NCBI GenBank assembly: GCA_045651925.1
Contig: JAZRTJ010000084.1
Coordinates: 12,286-76,285 of the forward strand
Direction of reading: 5' to 3'
Length of the DNA: 64,000 nt
Source: Candidatus Spyradenecus sp.
GTDB lineage: Bacteria; Verrucomicrobiota; Verrucomicrobiia; Opitutales; UBA953
The position numbers were made by a program, and so were the translations under genes. Positions 27,094-37,078 of this stretch are shown piece after piece (the first letter of the stretch is position 1; every line of letters begins with the position of its first letter). The notes beneath the pieces were generated by a model, which was not told where the DNA came from, did no database searches, and saw only the letters and a program-made list of their open reading frames with translations.

Positions 27094-29405
27094 TCGGCGG
27101 CTCCTTCCGTATTTTGCGCTTCGCTTTCGCGGCGCTTCTTTTCCGTGTATTCGGGATTTTCGAGCTGCGGGAAGCGGCCGGTTTCGATGAAGTAGCGGGC
27201 TTCCTCGCGCGTGAGGGATTCTTCACACGTGCCGAGCATTTCTTTTTCCGATTTCTCGGAGACGATGTAGGGACGCAGGAAAACGATGAGTTCGCGCTTG
27301 GCCGACGATTCGGTCTTCGGGCGGAAGAGCGAGCCGATCAGCGGCAAGTCGCCGAGGAAGTAAACCTTGCCGTCGTTGTGCGTTTCGTCGAAGGACTGCA
27401 GACCGGCGAGGACGACGGTTTCGCGGTCCTTGACGCTGACGTAGGAGGTGGCGCGGCGGGAGGAAATGAGCGGCTGCTCGTTGCCGTCGATGCTCGTCGT
27501 GCCGATGACATTGTCGATTTTCTGAGAAACGTCGATTTGGACCGTGCCGTTGGCGCCGATGCGCGGGATGACTTCGAGCTCGAGGCCGATGTCTTTGTAG
27601 GTAACCTGCGACGACGTGTTCATGCTCGTCGAATCGGTCGTCGAACCGGTGATGACGGGGCGCTGTTCACTGATGACGATTTGCGCGCTCTTGTTGTGCA
27701 TCGTCATAATTGTCGGCGAAGAAAGCACTTTGACGCGGGAATTGGTTTTTGCCTGGTTGAAGACCATTTCGAAGGCGAGGTCGCTGAGCGAACCTTCCAT
27801 CGAGAACGCGCTGTTCGGCGCGCCGGCTGCGACGCGGTAATTGCCTTCGAGTGTGTTGGTCGTGCCCAGCGGGGAAAGCTTGTAACCGAGGCCGAGCGTG
27901 TTGAGGCCGCTGACATCCGTGTTCGAGAGCAGGACTTCGACGATGATGGCTTCGATACGCACTTGCGGCAGCGCGATGTCGATTTTTTCGATAACGTCTT
28001 CAATCTGTTTGATGTCGCTGTTCGTGCCGATAACGATGATGGAATTGGCACGCGTGTCGCCGATGACGGTCAGGTATTCGGAAAAGCGCTGGGTGTCCGA
28101 GTCATTGTCGGCCGTTGTCGCGGGTGCGACGGCATTGTCGCCGGCTGTGAAAACTTCGTAGCCGCCGGAGCTCGCGTTGCTACTTGCCGTGCTTTCGCCG
28201 GAATCGACGGAGTAGCGTCGTGCGGACGAGGAGCTGCTTCCGCTCGAGGAGGACGAGGAAGAGCTGCGGGATGACGAACCGGTGCTCGAGGACGAGGAGC
28301 CGTTGCCGATGATGGTCACGGAAGCCGTTTTGTTTTGCCCGGTCACGTTCGGACGGGAGCCTTCGATGACGCCCTTGAGCGCGTCGGCGACATCGTCGGC
28401 GTCGGCATGCTTGAGCTGGAAGATTTTGCTGCGCGTAATCGGCACGTTTTCGACGTCGAGCTTGGCGACGATGTCGTCGATGAAGGCTTTGTTCGCCGTG
28501 CTGGTGACGATGAGCAATTGGTTCGTCAGGTCGTTAGCCGAGAAGCCGACTTCGCCCTGGAGGAGGTTTTTCATCCCGCTCTGTTGCAGGGTTTGCAATT
28601 GTTTTACGACTTCAGAGGCCTTGATGTTTTTCAGGTTGTAGAAGAGCACCTGGCCGGGGACGTCGAGGCTGCCGATCAGCTTTTCGAGACGCTGAACGTT
28701 CGTGAGCGAATCGGTGACGAGGATGGAATTGGCCGCCGGCATCGTCAGTAACGACCCGCCGCGGTGGTGGGTGACCATGCCGCGTACGAGTTGTTCGACT
28801 CCGGCGACATTGATGTTTCTAAATTTGAAAAGACGTGCAACGGAGCGTTCGCTTGCAGGGAGATCGGCGACGGAATCGACGTAAAGCGGCGGGGCTTCGG
28901 AGGTTGCGTAGCCGGAGATGACGGCCTTGAGGAAGTCGTCGCCTTCGGGAATGATCGAGACGCCGTTGAGGGCAAGCAGGGATTCCAGCGCGATGATGGC
29001 TTTGTCGGTTGCGATCGTTCCGCGGGAGTCAAAATTGATGCGCAGGACGGGGATGGATTGACTGCGGATGACGCTTTTTCCCGTGAGGCGTTCCAGCAAA
29101 TCGAAGACCTGCTGTGCGGGTGCATCGACGATGAGGAGACGTTCGATGAGCTTGGGCGTTTCGGTTTTTCCGGAAGCGGCGGCTTGGGCATCGCTGACGA
29201 ATTTGACGGCAATCGGTTCGTTGGCGGCGCCGGGTGCGCCCGGGACATTCGTCGCTCCTGCGGGCGCGGAAATCGTGCGGCGGGCAATCGCGGGATCAAG
29301 CGTCCGGCGTGTGGGGGTGTTGTTTTGCTGTTGGGCGAGTGCCGGGAGGCTTGTGAACCCGATTGCGAGGGTCGCGGCAAAGAGGAAAAAGGGAGAAAGT
29401 TTCAT
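27090..29405 (-). CDS. gspD: Type II secretion secretin
   Basis: N-domain repeats (LKHADADDVA), PQVRIEAIIVEV, LSSPTIMT..NKSA.I, DIGLELEVIPRIG, VYFLGDLPLIGSLFR; Ser-rich spacer. Confidence 0.9.
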   Translation of the reverse strand: MKLSPFFLFAATLAIGFTSLPALAQQQNNTPTRRTLDPAIARRTISAPAGATNVPGAPGAANEPIAVKFVSDAQAAASGKTETPKLIERLLIVDAPAQQVFDLLERLTGKSVIRSQSIPVLRINFDSRGTIATDKAIIALESLLALNGVSIIPEGDDFLKAVISGYATSEAPPLYVDSVADLPASERSVARLFKFRNINVAGVEQLVRGMVTHHRGGSLLTMPAANSILVTDSLTNVQRLEKLIGSLDVPGQVLFYNLKNIKASEVVKQLQTLQQSGMKNLLQGEVGFSANDLTNQLLIVTSTANKAFIDDIVAKLDVENVPITRSKIFQLKHADADDVADALKGVIEGSRPNVTGQNKTASVTIIGNGSSSSSTGSSSRSSSSSSSSGSSSSSARRYSVDSGESTASSNASSGGYEVFTAGDNAVAPATTADNDSDTQRFSEYLTVIGDTRANSIIVIGTNSDIKQIEDVIEKIDIALPQVRIEAIIVEVLLSNTDVSGLNTLGLGYKLSPLGTTNTLEGNYRVAAGAPNSAFSMEGSLSDLAFEMVFNQAKTNSRVKVLSSPTIMTMHNKSAQIVISEQRPVITGSTTDSTSMNTSSQVTYKDIGLELEVIPRIGANGTVQIDVSQKIDNVIGTTSIDGNEQPLISSRRATSYVSVKDRETVVLAGLQSFDETHNDGKVYFLGDLPLIGSLFRPKTESSAKRELIVFLRPYIVSEKSEKEMLGTCEESLTREEARYFIETGRFPQLENPEYTEKKRRESEAQNTEGAAE

Positions 29406-29414
29406 GGCGAAAAA

Positions 29415-29993
29415 TTAACGGAGCTTGTTGGAGGCGGAGGATTGCAGGAGGAAAGAGGTGATTTCGTAAGAGGCGGTGAGCGTCATCCCGTCGTCGGAAG
29501 TCGGAGTGAAGCGGGCTTCGGTGACGGCGACGGAGGGATATTCGTTGGAGATGCGTTCGTCGAACTCGATGAGATTTTCGAGTGGCGCATTCCGGAGAGT
29601 GATGCGAACGGAAATGATGTCGAAGGGCGCTTGGCTTTTATTGGTCGGGCGGGAGCTTTCCGGCTTCAGTTGCGTTTCCGCGCCGAGAGCGCCGATGATG
29701 GAAAGCAGGTCCGTTCCCGAGACTTCCGCGCTTTTGTCGAGTTCGCGTGCCTTTTCGGCGAGCCGGCGTTGGACGAGTTCTCGGGTGCCGAGCACGATTT
29801 CGTTTTGGGCGATTGCGTGGGTTGCGGCATCGTTTTCCGTTTTAAGTTGGCGGAAATTATTCGTCAGGCTCATCAGCCAGATAAAGAGGGCGACTCCGAT
29901 GAGGGCGAGTAGCATGACGCGTTCCCGAGGCGTTGCCTGCTTGGCGCACAGGCTTTTCCTGGATTGCTTTAGTTTTTCCAAGAGAGAATTCAT
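29415..29993 (-). CDS. T2SS GspM-like inner membrane protein
   Basis: TPRERVMLL followed by a single TM segment and a periplasmic domain; operon position. Confidence 0.65.
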   Translation of the reverse strand: MNSLLEKLKQSRKSLCAKQATPRERVMLLALIGVALFIWLMSLTNNFRQLKTENDAATHAIAQNEIVLGTRELVQRRLAEKARELDKSAEVSGTDLLSIIGALGAETQLKPESSRPTNKSQAPFDIISVRITLRNAPLENLIEFDERISNEYPSVAVTEARFTPTSDDGMTLTASYEITSFLLQSSASNKLR

Positions 29994-31318
29994 TGGTTGT
30001 CTCCTTCGCTTGCGGATTCGCGGTTCGGGGCTTCTTCGGCGGGTTCGGCAGATGCCGCTTCGCTTTCCGTTTCTTCGGCGGCGCTGTCACCTTCCTTTTC
30101 CGGCGTGTCGTAAAAATCAATTTCGCCGATTGCGTTTTTGTCCGGCTGGCACTGTAGCGAGAAATTGGCGCCTACCGAGGCGATATTGGCCGTGAAAACG
30201 ATGTCTTTGAAAAGTCCGCATGCGTGCAGGTTCCTTTCGAATTCCTTTGCGAGTGTGATGTTTTCGGCGGTGCCTGTCACGGAAATCATGCCGGAGGTGC
30301 CGTTCCCGCTGAAGTTGGAGAAGGCGACGCCGTTCGGACGCTGTGCATTCAAAACGGCAACCGTACGTATGGTTTGTAATTTGTTTTCCTGCACTTTCGA
30401 AATATCGGCAATCAGCTTGGCTTGGGCGCGGATGTCCGCGACCTGCGGGCGTTGCGCGGCTTCTTTGTCGAGCAGCTGTTGCGTCTTGTGGCCGAAAATC
30501 CAGAGGGCGATTTGGGCGACGGCCAAGACGACGGCAAGTATGCCGCAGGCGGAGAGCGCCTGTTTGCAAAGGGCGGCGTGCTTGCGTTCCTTGCGTTCGC
30601 GGGAGAGGGTGGCGGCATCGCGGATGTCGGCGTCCCAAAGAGAGTCGTCCGTAAGCGTGAAACGGAGGACGCGGGCGGCGGCGACGAGGCTGCCGTCGGC
30701 GTTGAGGCGTTTGAGGCGGATTTCCCCACAACGCTTTTTCGGATCGATGATTTGTTCGTCGAAAAGGTAGATACCGTCTTTGTGAACGGCCGTCGAACGG
30801 ATTTCCTTTTTGCGTTCGGCGCATTCCGCGATCAGGGCGTTGCGGGCATCGTCGGAGTCAATCGGAGAGCCGTCCCGCTCCCAGGAAAGGACGCGGACGG
30901 GCAGGGCGTTGTCCGGCTCGATGAGTATCGCGGTCAATTCGTTTTCGGTGGCGAGCCATTCCCAGCGCGGGGCGGCGACGTCGGCGTTGTCCCAAAGGGC
31001 AAATGCGGGCAGACAGTGGAGCGTTTGTGCGGGAAGCTTTTCGAGGCGTTCCCGGCAGCGTTCGCGGGCGGCTGCGTAGCAGAGGACGGAATCGCTGCGG
31101 GGTTTTGAAACGAAGCCGGACAGGAGCTGTTCTGCGGGAACCGGGGCGAAGCTTTCGAGGTGGAGTGCGACTTGCTCCCGGCGCTGTTCACGGGTGGAGC
31201 CGGCCTCGGCCGCAAGGTTTTCGACGAAAAAGAGCCACGACGGAAAGAATGCAATCGGCGGGGCTTTTGTTTCGGGGGACTGGGAAGAAAGGGAGTTCAC
31301 GATGCTGATTTTTTTCAA
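29990..31318 (-). CDS. T2SS GspL/PilN-like protein
   Basis: Cytoplasmic domain, single TM segment and PilN-like C-terminus; operon position between gspK and the GspM-like gene. Confidence 0.6.
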   Translation of the reverse strand: MKKISIVNSLSSQSPETKAPPIAFFPSWLFFVENLAAEAGSTREQRREQVALHLESFAPVPAEQLLSGFVSKPRSDSVLCYAAARERCRERLEKLPAQTLHCLPAFALWDNADVAAPRWEWLATENELTAILIEPDNALPVRVLSWERDGSPIDSDDARNALIAECAERKKEIRSTAVHKDGIYLFDEQIIDPKKRCGEIRLKRLNADGSLVAAARVLRFTLTDDSLWDADIRDAATLSRERKERKHAALCKQALSACGILAVVLAVAQIALWIFGHKTQQLLDKEAAQRPQVADIRAQAKLIADISKVQENKLQTIRTVAVLNAQRPNGVAFSNFSGNGTSGMISVTGTAENITLAKEFERNLHACGLFKDIVFTANIASVGANFSLQCQPDKNAIGEIDFYDTPEKEGDSAAEETESEAASAEPAEEAPNRESASEGDNQ

Positions 31319-31376
31319 CGCAGATTTCGGGGGAAAGTTTCAAAGATTATGCAACTTTGGAGAAATTTTACGAATG

Positions 31377-32420
31377 CTATTCTCGCCGGATGTTCTCCTT
31401 GCGCTCGATGAGTGTGAAGGGGGTGGAATTGGAGCCTCCGCGGGAGGATGCGATTTCGACGCAGGTTTCGAGGACGAAGCTGGCGGTGCCGCGCCGTGCC
31501 GTGGCCGTGATACGGAGTGTGCGGACGGCGAACGAAACCTTGTTTGCGAGCGATTCGGCTCCTGCGCGCGAAAGGTCGTTGGCGTTGCGGAAGATGCCGC
31601 CGGCGGCGCCGAAATGGTCCTGCGGGTCGCGGTAGTCCCGCAACGCGTTTTCGTTGACGTCGGTTTCGTAGCAGAGAACGTTGAGCGCGGCGTCGGAGAC
31701 CGTATTGACATTGGGTTTTCCGGAGGAAGCGATGAGTGAGACTGCGGATTCGAGTTGGCGGAAGAGCGCGTTCGGACGGTCGTCCTCTTCAAAGAAAACC
31801 TCCCGGAAATGTTTGATGTGGCGGATTTCACGCAGGTCGCTCAGTTCGCGATTCGGCGGGATGTATTCGGCGTCGAAGCCTTCGTAGTCGTCGATTTCCG
31901 CGCCGTTGGTGCGGGCGTTGTCGTCGGCGTCAATCCAGTCGGCGAGGCAGGCGCTGAGGTTGGCGGCGTCGGAGTCGGAAATGCCGAGTGCGATGAAGAG
32001 GGCGGTCAGTTCGCTTTCCGAGAGTTTGTTGATCGGGAAGCGGGAGGATTCGTCGAAGAAGCTGACGGAGATGAGCGTTTTTTCGTCGAAGCGCCAGGCG
32101 TTTTCTGCGGGGACGTATTCGAATCCCGCGAGTGCGAGTGCGTCGCTCCAGCCTTGCTGCGGAGCGTAAACGGCGCCGTCGATGTTTTGAAAGTTGGCGA
32201 TGACGGCGAGGGCGGATTCCAGAGCCGTGCAGGCGGCGATTTCGAGTTGCGGGCGTGCGTACCCTTCGGCCTGCCAGAGGATTTCGCGCTGGGCATTTTT
32301 CAGGATGCCGATTGTGAGCATTGCGAGCAGGACGACGAATCCGAGAACGACGAGCAGGGCTGCACCGGCGCGGGAACGGGTGGCGGCGAAGAAACGGAAA
32401 ATTTTTTGTCGGCAGCGCAT
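31377..32420 (-). CDS. gspK: Type II secretion minor pseudopilin GspK
   Basis: GAALLVVL, DESSRFPIN, LADWIDADD...GAE, PNVNT motifs. Confidence 0.85.
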   Translation of the reverse strand: MRCRQKIFRFFAATRSRAGAALLVVLGFVVLLAMLTIGILKNAQREILWQAEGYARPQLEIAACTALESALAVIANFQNIDGAVYAPQQGWSDALALAGFEYVPAENAWRFDEKTLISVSFFDESSRFPINKLSESELTALFIALGISDSDAANLSACLADWIDADDNARTNGAEIDDYEGFDAEYIPPNRELSDLREIRHIKHFREVFFEEDDRPNALFRQLESAVSLIASSGKPNVNTVSDAALNVLCYETDVNENALRDYRDPQDHFGAAGGIFRNANDLSRAGAESLANKVSFAVRTLRITATARRGTASFVLETCVEIASSRGGSNSTPFTLIERKENIRRE

Positions 32421-32421
32421 T

Positions 32422-33087
32422 TTAGTAGGTAATGCCTCCTGCAAGGACTTTGGATAAAGTGAAGACGCGTTCGCGGATTTTTCCGTTTTCGTTGAAGCGC
32501 AGGGCGAGACGCAGGGCGCGGCTTTGCAGTGTTTCGGATTCTACGGCATCGACGGCTTCCCAAGTTCCGGCTTCCTCTTCCCAAACCAGGATACGGACGG
32601 ATTCCAGAAGTGGGGAAAGCAGGGTAAAGCTCACGAAGTTTTCGTTTTCGTTGCGCTGGCGCGGACTTTGCGAAATGAGCCAGAGGCCGTCGGCGTCCCA
32701 ATAGAGCCAAGCGGTGATTTTTGGTGTCGGTTTTTCTTCGAGCTGAAGGATCGGGTAGGTTTCGGTGAGTGTAAATTGCGGGAAGCTTTCGTCTTTGTCC
32801 GGCGGTTGCGTCCAGGTGCAGCCCACGATTTTTTTTCCGGAGCTGCTTTGTGCGACCTGGGTGGTTTTCTGAGTTTCGATCAGCGCGGAAAGAAAGCGGT
32901 CCAGCCCGGCGAGGTGGCGATCGAGCGAGGCGATGTTTTCGGATTTGTCCCAGAGATTCACCGTGTTCATGACCACACCGGCGCTTGCCGTCAGCAACAG
33001 ACCGGCCAAGGCGATGGCGATGACGACTTCGAGGAGCGTAAATGCCCGTCGGATACGGGGACGCAATCTGTCGGTGAGGCGGCGCAT
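32422..33087 (-). CDS. gspJ: Prepilin-type pseudopilin, GspJ-like
   Basis: RRAFTLLEVVIAIAL class III signal; ATG lies 1 nt after the gspI stop. Confidence 0.7.
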   Translation of the reverse strand: MRRLTDRLRPRIRRAFTLLEVVIAIALAGLLLTASAGVVMNTVNLWDKSENIASLDRHLAGLDRFLSALIETQKTTQVAQSSSGKKIVGCTWTQPPDKDESFPQFTLTETYPILQLEEKPTPKITAWLYWDADGLWLISQSPRQRNENENFVSFTLLSPLLESVRILVWEEEAGTWEAVDAVESETLQSRALRLALRFNENGKIRERVFTLSKVLAGGITY

Positions 33088-33088
33088 T

Positions 33089-33544
33089 TTAAAATGTGTC
33101 AAAACGATCGAGCGGGAAGATTTCCCTCAGGTCTTCAAGAAGGACTTCCTGATTGTCGAACTGCGATTTCCAGTCGGGGCGGAAGGCGTAGAAGAAAAAG
33201 CTTTCCGTTTCGGACTCCTTGTCCCAATCGACGAAAACGGTTACGCGGAACAGCCCGGTTTGGGGCGTTTCTTCGGCTTCCGCGGTCCAGCTTGCTTTTT
33301 CGCCGTCGAGGCTTTCGTAGTCGCCGCCGGTTTCGAGTTTGTCGCAATCGTTTTCTGATTCGGAGAGCAGGATGCGCATGATTTCGCGGCGGTCTTCGTG
33401 GCGGGAGTCGCGTTTTGTCAGTGAACTTTGAGCCGCGTAAGCGTTGCCGATGGCCGCGAGTAGCGTTCCTGCCGTGACGGCGAAAATGGCAATCGCGACG
33501 ACGACTTCAATTAGCGTAAAGGCTCTGCGGGAAAGGCGCCTCAT
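33089..33544 (-). CDS. gspI: Prepilin-type pseudopilin, GspI-like
   Basis: RRAFTLIEVVVAIAIF class III signal. Confidence 0.7.
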   Translation of the reverse strand: MRRLSRRAFTLIEVVVAIAIFAVTAGTLLAAIGNAYAAQSSLTKRDSRHEDRREIMRILLSESENDCDKLETGGDYESLDGEKASWTAEAEETPQTGLFRVTVFVDWDKESETESFFFYAFRPDWKSQFDNQEVLLEDLREIFPLDRFDTF

Positions 33545-34032
33545 AATGCGGAACGTTCCGTAAGCCCGCCGGAAAAGGGATCCGTTTGAAAGATTTTTTC
33601 GGTGCGGCGGTCTTTGATGATTTCGATGACGGCGGGAGTCGAGCAACCCGACGGGTGAAATTCGATTGTGTCAATCTCCTTCATGTTGCTCACGGCGAAG
33701 AGGCGGGTCCCGTCGCGCGGATCAAGCCGGAAGCAAAGCTCCCGTGCGTCGTTGCCTTCGGTCGGTAAGCGGAAGGTTTCGATTACGTTTCCGCGGATGT
33801 CTTCGAGTGTCAGGACGTTGCGCGTTTCGTTGAGGCGGAGGAAAAAGCGGCTTTTCTGCGTCCAAGCCCGATGGGCGGCGAGCGTGCAGGCGCGGAAGAC
33901 GAGTTTCTCGGGTGCCGGTTTTTCCAGTGCGGGAATAAACAGGTCGAAACGCAATACGGCAACACCGGCAATCAGGGCGATGAGCGCGATGACGACGATG
34001 ATTTCAATCAGCGTGAATGCGCGTTTTCGCAT
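33541..34032 (-). CDS. gspH: Prepilin-type pseudopilin, GspH-like
   Basis: MRKRAFTLIEIIVVIALI class III signal. Confidence 0.7.
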   Translation of the reverse strand: MRKRAFTLIEIIVVIALIALIAGVAVLRFDLFIPALEKPAPEKLVFRACTLAAHRAWTQKSRFFLRLNETRNVLTLEDIRGNVIETFRLPTEGNDARELCFRLDPRDGTRLFAVSNMKEIDTIEFHPSGCSTPAVIEIIKDRRTEKIFQTDPFSGGLTERSAL

Positions 34033-34085
34033 GATATGCCGGTGGTGCCGTATAGTTGCGGGTTGGAAAAGGAATCGGAGGGGGC

Positions 34086-34508
34086 TTATTTTGTCGCTCC
34101 GGCCCAATTCGTGATGTCGTCTTCACTTTCGACACCGTCCGGGCCGAACGACCACAGATCGTAGCCGCCTTTGTTCTTTTCGCCCGGGAAACGATAATTG
34201 AACGGGCGTTTCCAGGGGTCTTCGGGGAGCTTTTTGAGTTCGCCGGAATTGACGACTGCCTGCAGGCCTTCTTCCGTCGTCGGATAGGCACCGTGCTTCA
34301 CCTGATAAGCAAAAAGCGGCGTTTCGAGCGCTTGAATGTCCGTTTCCGCGATTTTCTTTTGGTTGTCGGAGAAGATGCCGCCGAGATTGCTGAATCCGGC
34401 CCCGACGATGAGGGCGATGAGCGCGATGACGATGATGATTTCCATCAGCGTGAAACCGCGGCGTTTGCGGGGAGAAGAGGTGCGGGGGAGGATACGGTTG
34501 TTTTGCAT
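34086..34508 (-). CDS. gspG: Type II secretion major pseudopilin
   Basis: RRGFTLMEIIIVIAL, YPTTEEGLQA, DPWKRPFNYRFPG, YDLWSFGPDG. Confidence 0.92.
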   Translation of the reverse strand: MQNNRILPRTSSPRKRRGFTLMEIIIVIALIALIVGAGFSNLGGIFSDNQKKIAETDIQALETPLFAYQVKHGAYPTTEEGLQAVVNSGELKKLPEDPWKRPFNYRFPGEKNKGGYDLWSFGPDGVESEDDITNWAGATK

Positions 34509-34772
34509 AAATCTAATTTGTTGCCTTTCTTGAGTGCAGGCAACGCATAAACGTGGAGAAAGTTTCACAAAATTTTATATTTTATTCGAAAAAACGGATA
34601 TATGCGGACACGCGGCCCGAAAAACGAAAATCCTACCCCCGAAAATCTCCTTTATCCTTAAAAATCTTTCTTGTCGAGATTTTTTATTCTCGACGTTTTG
34701 AATTTTTTCTGTAATCTTATTCGCTAACATCGGCTTGTAACCCGACAAAAGTAGAAAATAAAGTATACCAAA

Positions 34773-36113
34773 ATGGCAGAGAAAAAAACGGATAGTAAAA
34801 AAGAGAAAGATATGCGCTCCACCTACGCCTATCTCATCGAAAAGAAACGTGACGGCGGCGAATTCACGAGTGACGAAATTCGGACAATTGTAGATGCTAT
34901 TATTAATGAGCAGATGCCGCTTTCCCAGCAGGCTGCGCTGTTGATGGCCATTTATTTTAAATCGATGTCGGCGAACGAAATGTCGTCGCTTTCCGAAGAA
35001 ATGATGTTCTCCGGAGATACGGTTGAGCTCAACAGCATTACGGATCCGAAGATGTCGAAGGTTTCGACCGGCGGCGTCGGCGACAAGACGACGATTGCCC
35101 TCGCGGCGCTTTCGGCGGCCTGCGGCGTTGTCGTCCCCACGATGGTGTCCAAGGATGAAGACTTCATCATTACCTCGGTGGACAAGATGAAGGCCATTCC
35201 CGGCTTCAAGGCAAATCTTTCCGTGAAAGACTACGAAACGGTCCTGCGCCGCGTCGGTTGTGCTATCGTCGAACAGAGCAAACATATCGCGCCGATTGAC
35301 GATATGCTCAGCGACTTGCGTCAGCAGACGGCGACGGTTTCGAGCCTTCCGCTTATTACGAGCAGCATTCTGTCCAAGAAATTTGCAGAAGGTTGCGAAG
35401 GTCTCGTTGTGGACGTGAAGTGGGGCAACGGCTCCTACATTCGCGATCTGGAACAGGCGAAACAGCTCGCCCGCACGATTACGCGCGTCGCCCGCGGAAT
35501 GTCCCGCCGCTGCGTTGCTCTCGTGACGGACGCAAACCAGCCGCTCGGCAATACCGTCGGAACGGGCTTGGAATTGCTCGAAGTCGTCGAATTGCTCAAG
35601 GGCGAAGGTCCGGAAGATTTGAAGGAGCTCCTGCTCAAACTCGGTATGGAAATGGTCCGTCTCGCCGGTGTTGCCGGTTCGACGCTTTCCGCAAAGCAGT
35701 CCGTCGAGCGTGCGCTCAAGGACGGCTCCGCGCTGAAGAAGTTCCGCGATATGGTGGTTGCTCAGGGCGGCAAGGCGGATTGGATCGACAATCCGGAAAA
35801 GTTCCCGAAAGCGAAGTACTCCAAGAAGCTTCCCGCAGCCAAGCGCGGCTACGTCCACATGATCAACGCCGGCATGATTGCCCGCGGCGTTCAGGAGTTG
35901 GCCAAGCGCAAGGACGGTTCTTATGATCCCGCCGTCGGCTTGGTCAATCTCAAGAAGGTCGGAACGCAGGTCAAGCAGGGTGAACCGCTCGTTGAAATTC
36001 TTTACAACGACGAATCGAACCTCGATAAGGCGATGGAATACTTCCGTAGCGCTTACCGTCTCGCGCCGAAGCGCCCGAACGACATCGGTCTCATCGTCGA
36101 ACGCGTTGCCTAA
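34773..36113 (+). CDS. pdp: Pyrimidine-nucleoside/thymidine phosphorylase homolog with degenerate active site
   Basis: LIEKKRDG, STGGVGDK, SSILSKK, VDVKWGNG and C-terminal domain conserved. The catalytic His and the GRGLGHTGGT loop are replaced. Confidence 0.8.
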   Translation: MAEKKTDSKKEKDMRSTYAYLIEKKRDGGEFTSDEIRTIVDAIINEQMPLSQQAALLMAIYFKSMSANEMSSLSEEMMFSGDTVELNSITDPKMSKVSTGGVGDKTTIALAALSAACGVVVPTMVSKDEDFIITSVDKMKAIPGFKANLSVKDYETVLRRVGCAIVEQSKHIAPIDDMLSDLRQQTATVSSLPLITSSILSKKFAEGCEGLVVDVKWGNGSYIRDLEQAKQLARTITRVARGMSRRCVALVTDANQPLGNTVGTGLELLEVVELLKGEGPEDLKELLLKLGMEMVRLAGVAGSTLSAKQSVERALKDGSALKKFRDMVVAQGGKADWIDNPEKFPKAKYSKKLPAAKRGYVHMINAGMIARGVQELAKRKDGSYDPAVGLVNLKKVGTQVKQGEPLVEILYNDESNLDKAMEYFRSAYRLAPKRPNDIGLIVERVA

Positions 36114-36130
36114 GGGCTTCCCGAAAGATA

Positions 36131-36172
36131 AAGAAGAGCGGCATCTCTAAACGGAGACGCCGCTCTTCTTTT
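36131..36172. terminator. Bidirectional terminator between pdp and hisG
   Basis: AAGAAGAGCGGCATCTCT AAAC GGAGACGCCGCTCTTCTTTT. Confidence 0.7.
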
Positions 36173-36193
36173 GTTTCGAAAACCGAAGGGTGC

Positions 36194-37078
36194 TTAGTAA
36201 ACGACCTTGTTGAGCGGGTATTCGATGATGCCTTCCGCTTGGCAGGCTTTGAGCGCGGGGATGATGTCGCGCGTGAGCTTGCTGTCGATAATCGTTTCAA
36301 CCGCAATCCAAGCATCGTTCGAGAGCGGGGCGATTGTCGGGTTACGCATCGCAGGGAGCTTTTCGACGACCTCGTTAAGCTTTTCGCGCGGGAGGTTGAA
36401 CTTGAGGCCGACGAGGTGTTTCGCCGTAAGCGCTGATTGGAGCATCATGGCGATGGACTCAATCTTGGCTCGCTTTTCCGGATTCTCCCAAGCCTGCTTG
36501 TTGGCGATGAGCTTGGTATTCGTCTTCAAAATCGTGTCAACGATACGGAGTTTGTTCGCTTTGATTGAGCTGCCGGTTTCCGTCAGGTCCACGATGGCGT
36601 CCGCCAAATCCGGCACCTTGACTTCCGTCGCGCCCCAAGAGAATTCGACCTGGGCCGTGACGCCCTGGCTTTCGAGAAAGCGGCGCGTCGTGCCGACGAG
36701 TTCCGTCGCGATGCGCTTGCCCTGCAGGTCCTTGACTGTCTTGATGTCGGAGGCTTCGGGAACGCAGATGACCCAGCGGCTTTGAACGTTGGAGGCGCGG
36801 GAGTAAACCAAGTCGCAGACTTCGACGACGTCGGCGTTGTTTTCCACCACCCAGTCGTATCCGGTCAGGCCGCAGTCGAAATAACCGTGTTCCACATAGC
36901 GGGCGATTTCTTGTGCGCGCACGAAGCGGCCGTCGAGAGTCGGGTCGTCAAAAGACGGGCGATACGAGCGGGAGCTTTTAACGACGGGATAACCGGCTTT
37001 CGCAAAGAGCGCGAGCGTGGATTCTTCAAGGCTGCCCTTGGGCATGCCGAGCATCAGAAGCGGTGTGGAGTTTGCCAT
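36194..37078 (-). CDS. hisG: ATP phosphoribosyltransferase (long form)
   Basis: LGMPKGSL, RAQEIARYV, DCGLTGYD, SWGATEVK, AIVDLTETGSS; C-terminal regulatory domain. Confidence 0.95.
   Translation of the reverse strand: MANSTPLLMLGMPKGSLEESTLALFAKAGYPVVKSSRSYRPSFDDPTLDGRFVRAQEIARYVEHGYFDCGLTGYDWVVENNADVVEVCDLVYSRASNVQSRWVICVPEASDIKTVKDLQGKRIATELVGTTRRFLESQGVTAQVEFSWGATEVKVPDLADAIVDLTETGSSIKANKLRIVDTILKTNTKLIANKQAWENPEKRAKIESIAMMLQSALTAKHLVGLKFNLPREKLNEVVEKLPAMRNPTIAPLSNDAWIAVETIIDSKLTRDIIPALKACQAEGIIEYPLNKVVY

Noticed and set aside
28230-28300. Low-complexity GAG/GAC-rich tract in gspD as a tandem DNA repeat
   Set aside because: It encodes a Ser-rich linker with mixed codons, a known feature of some secretins, and is not a slippage repeat.
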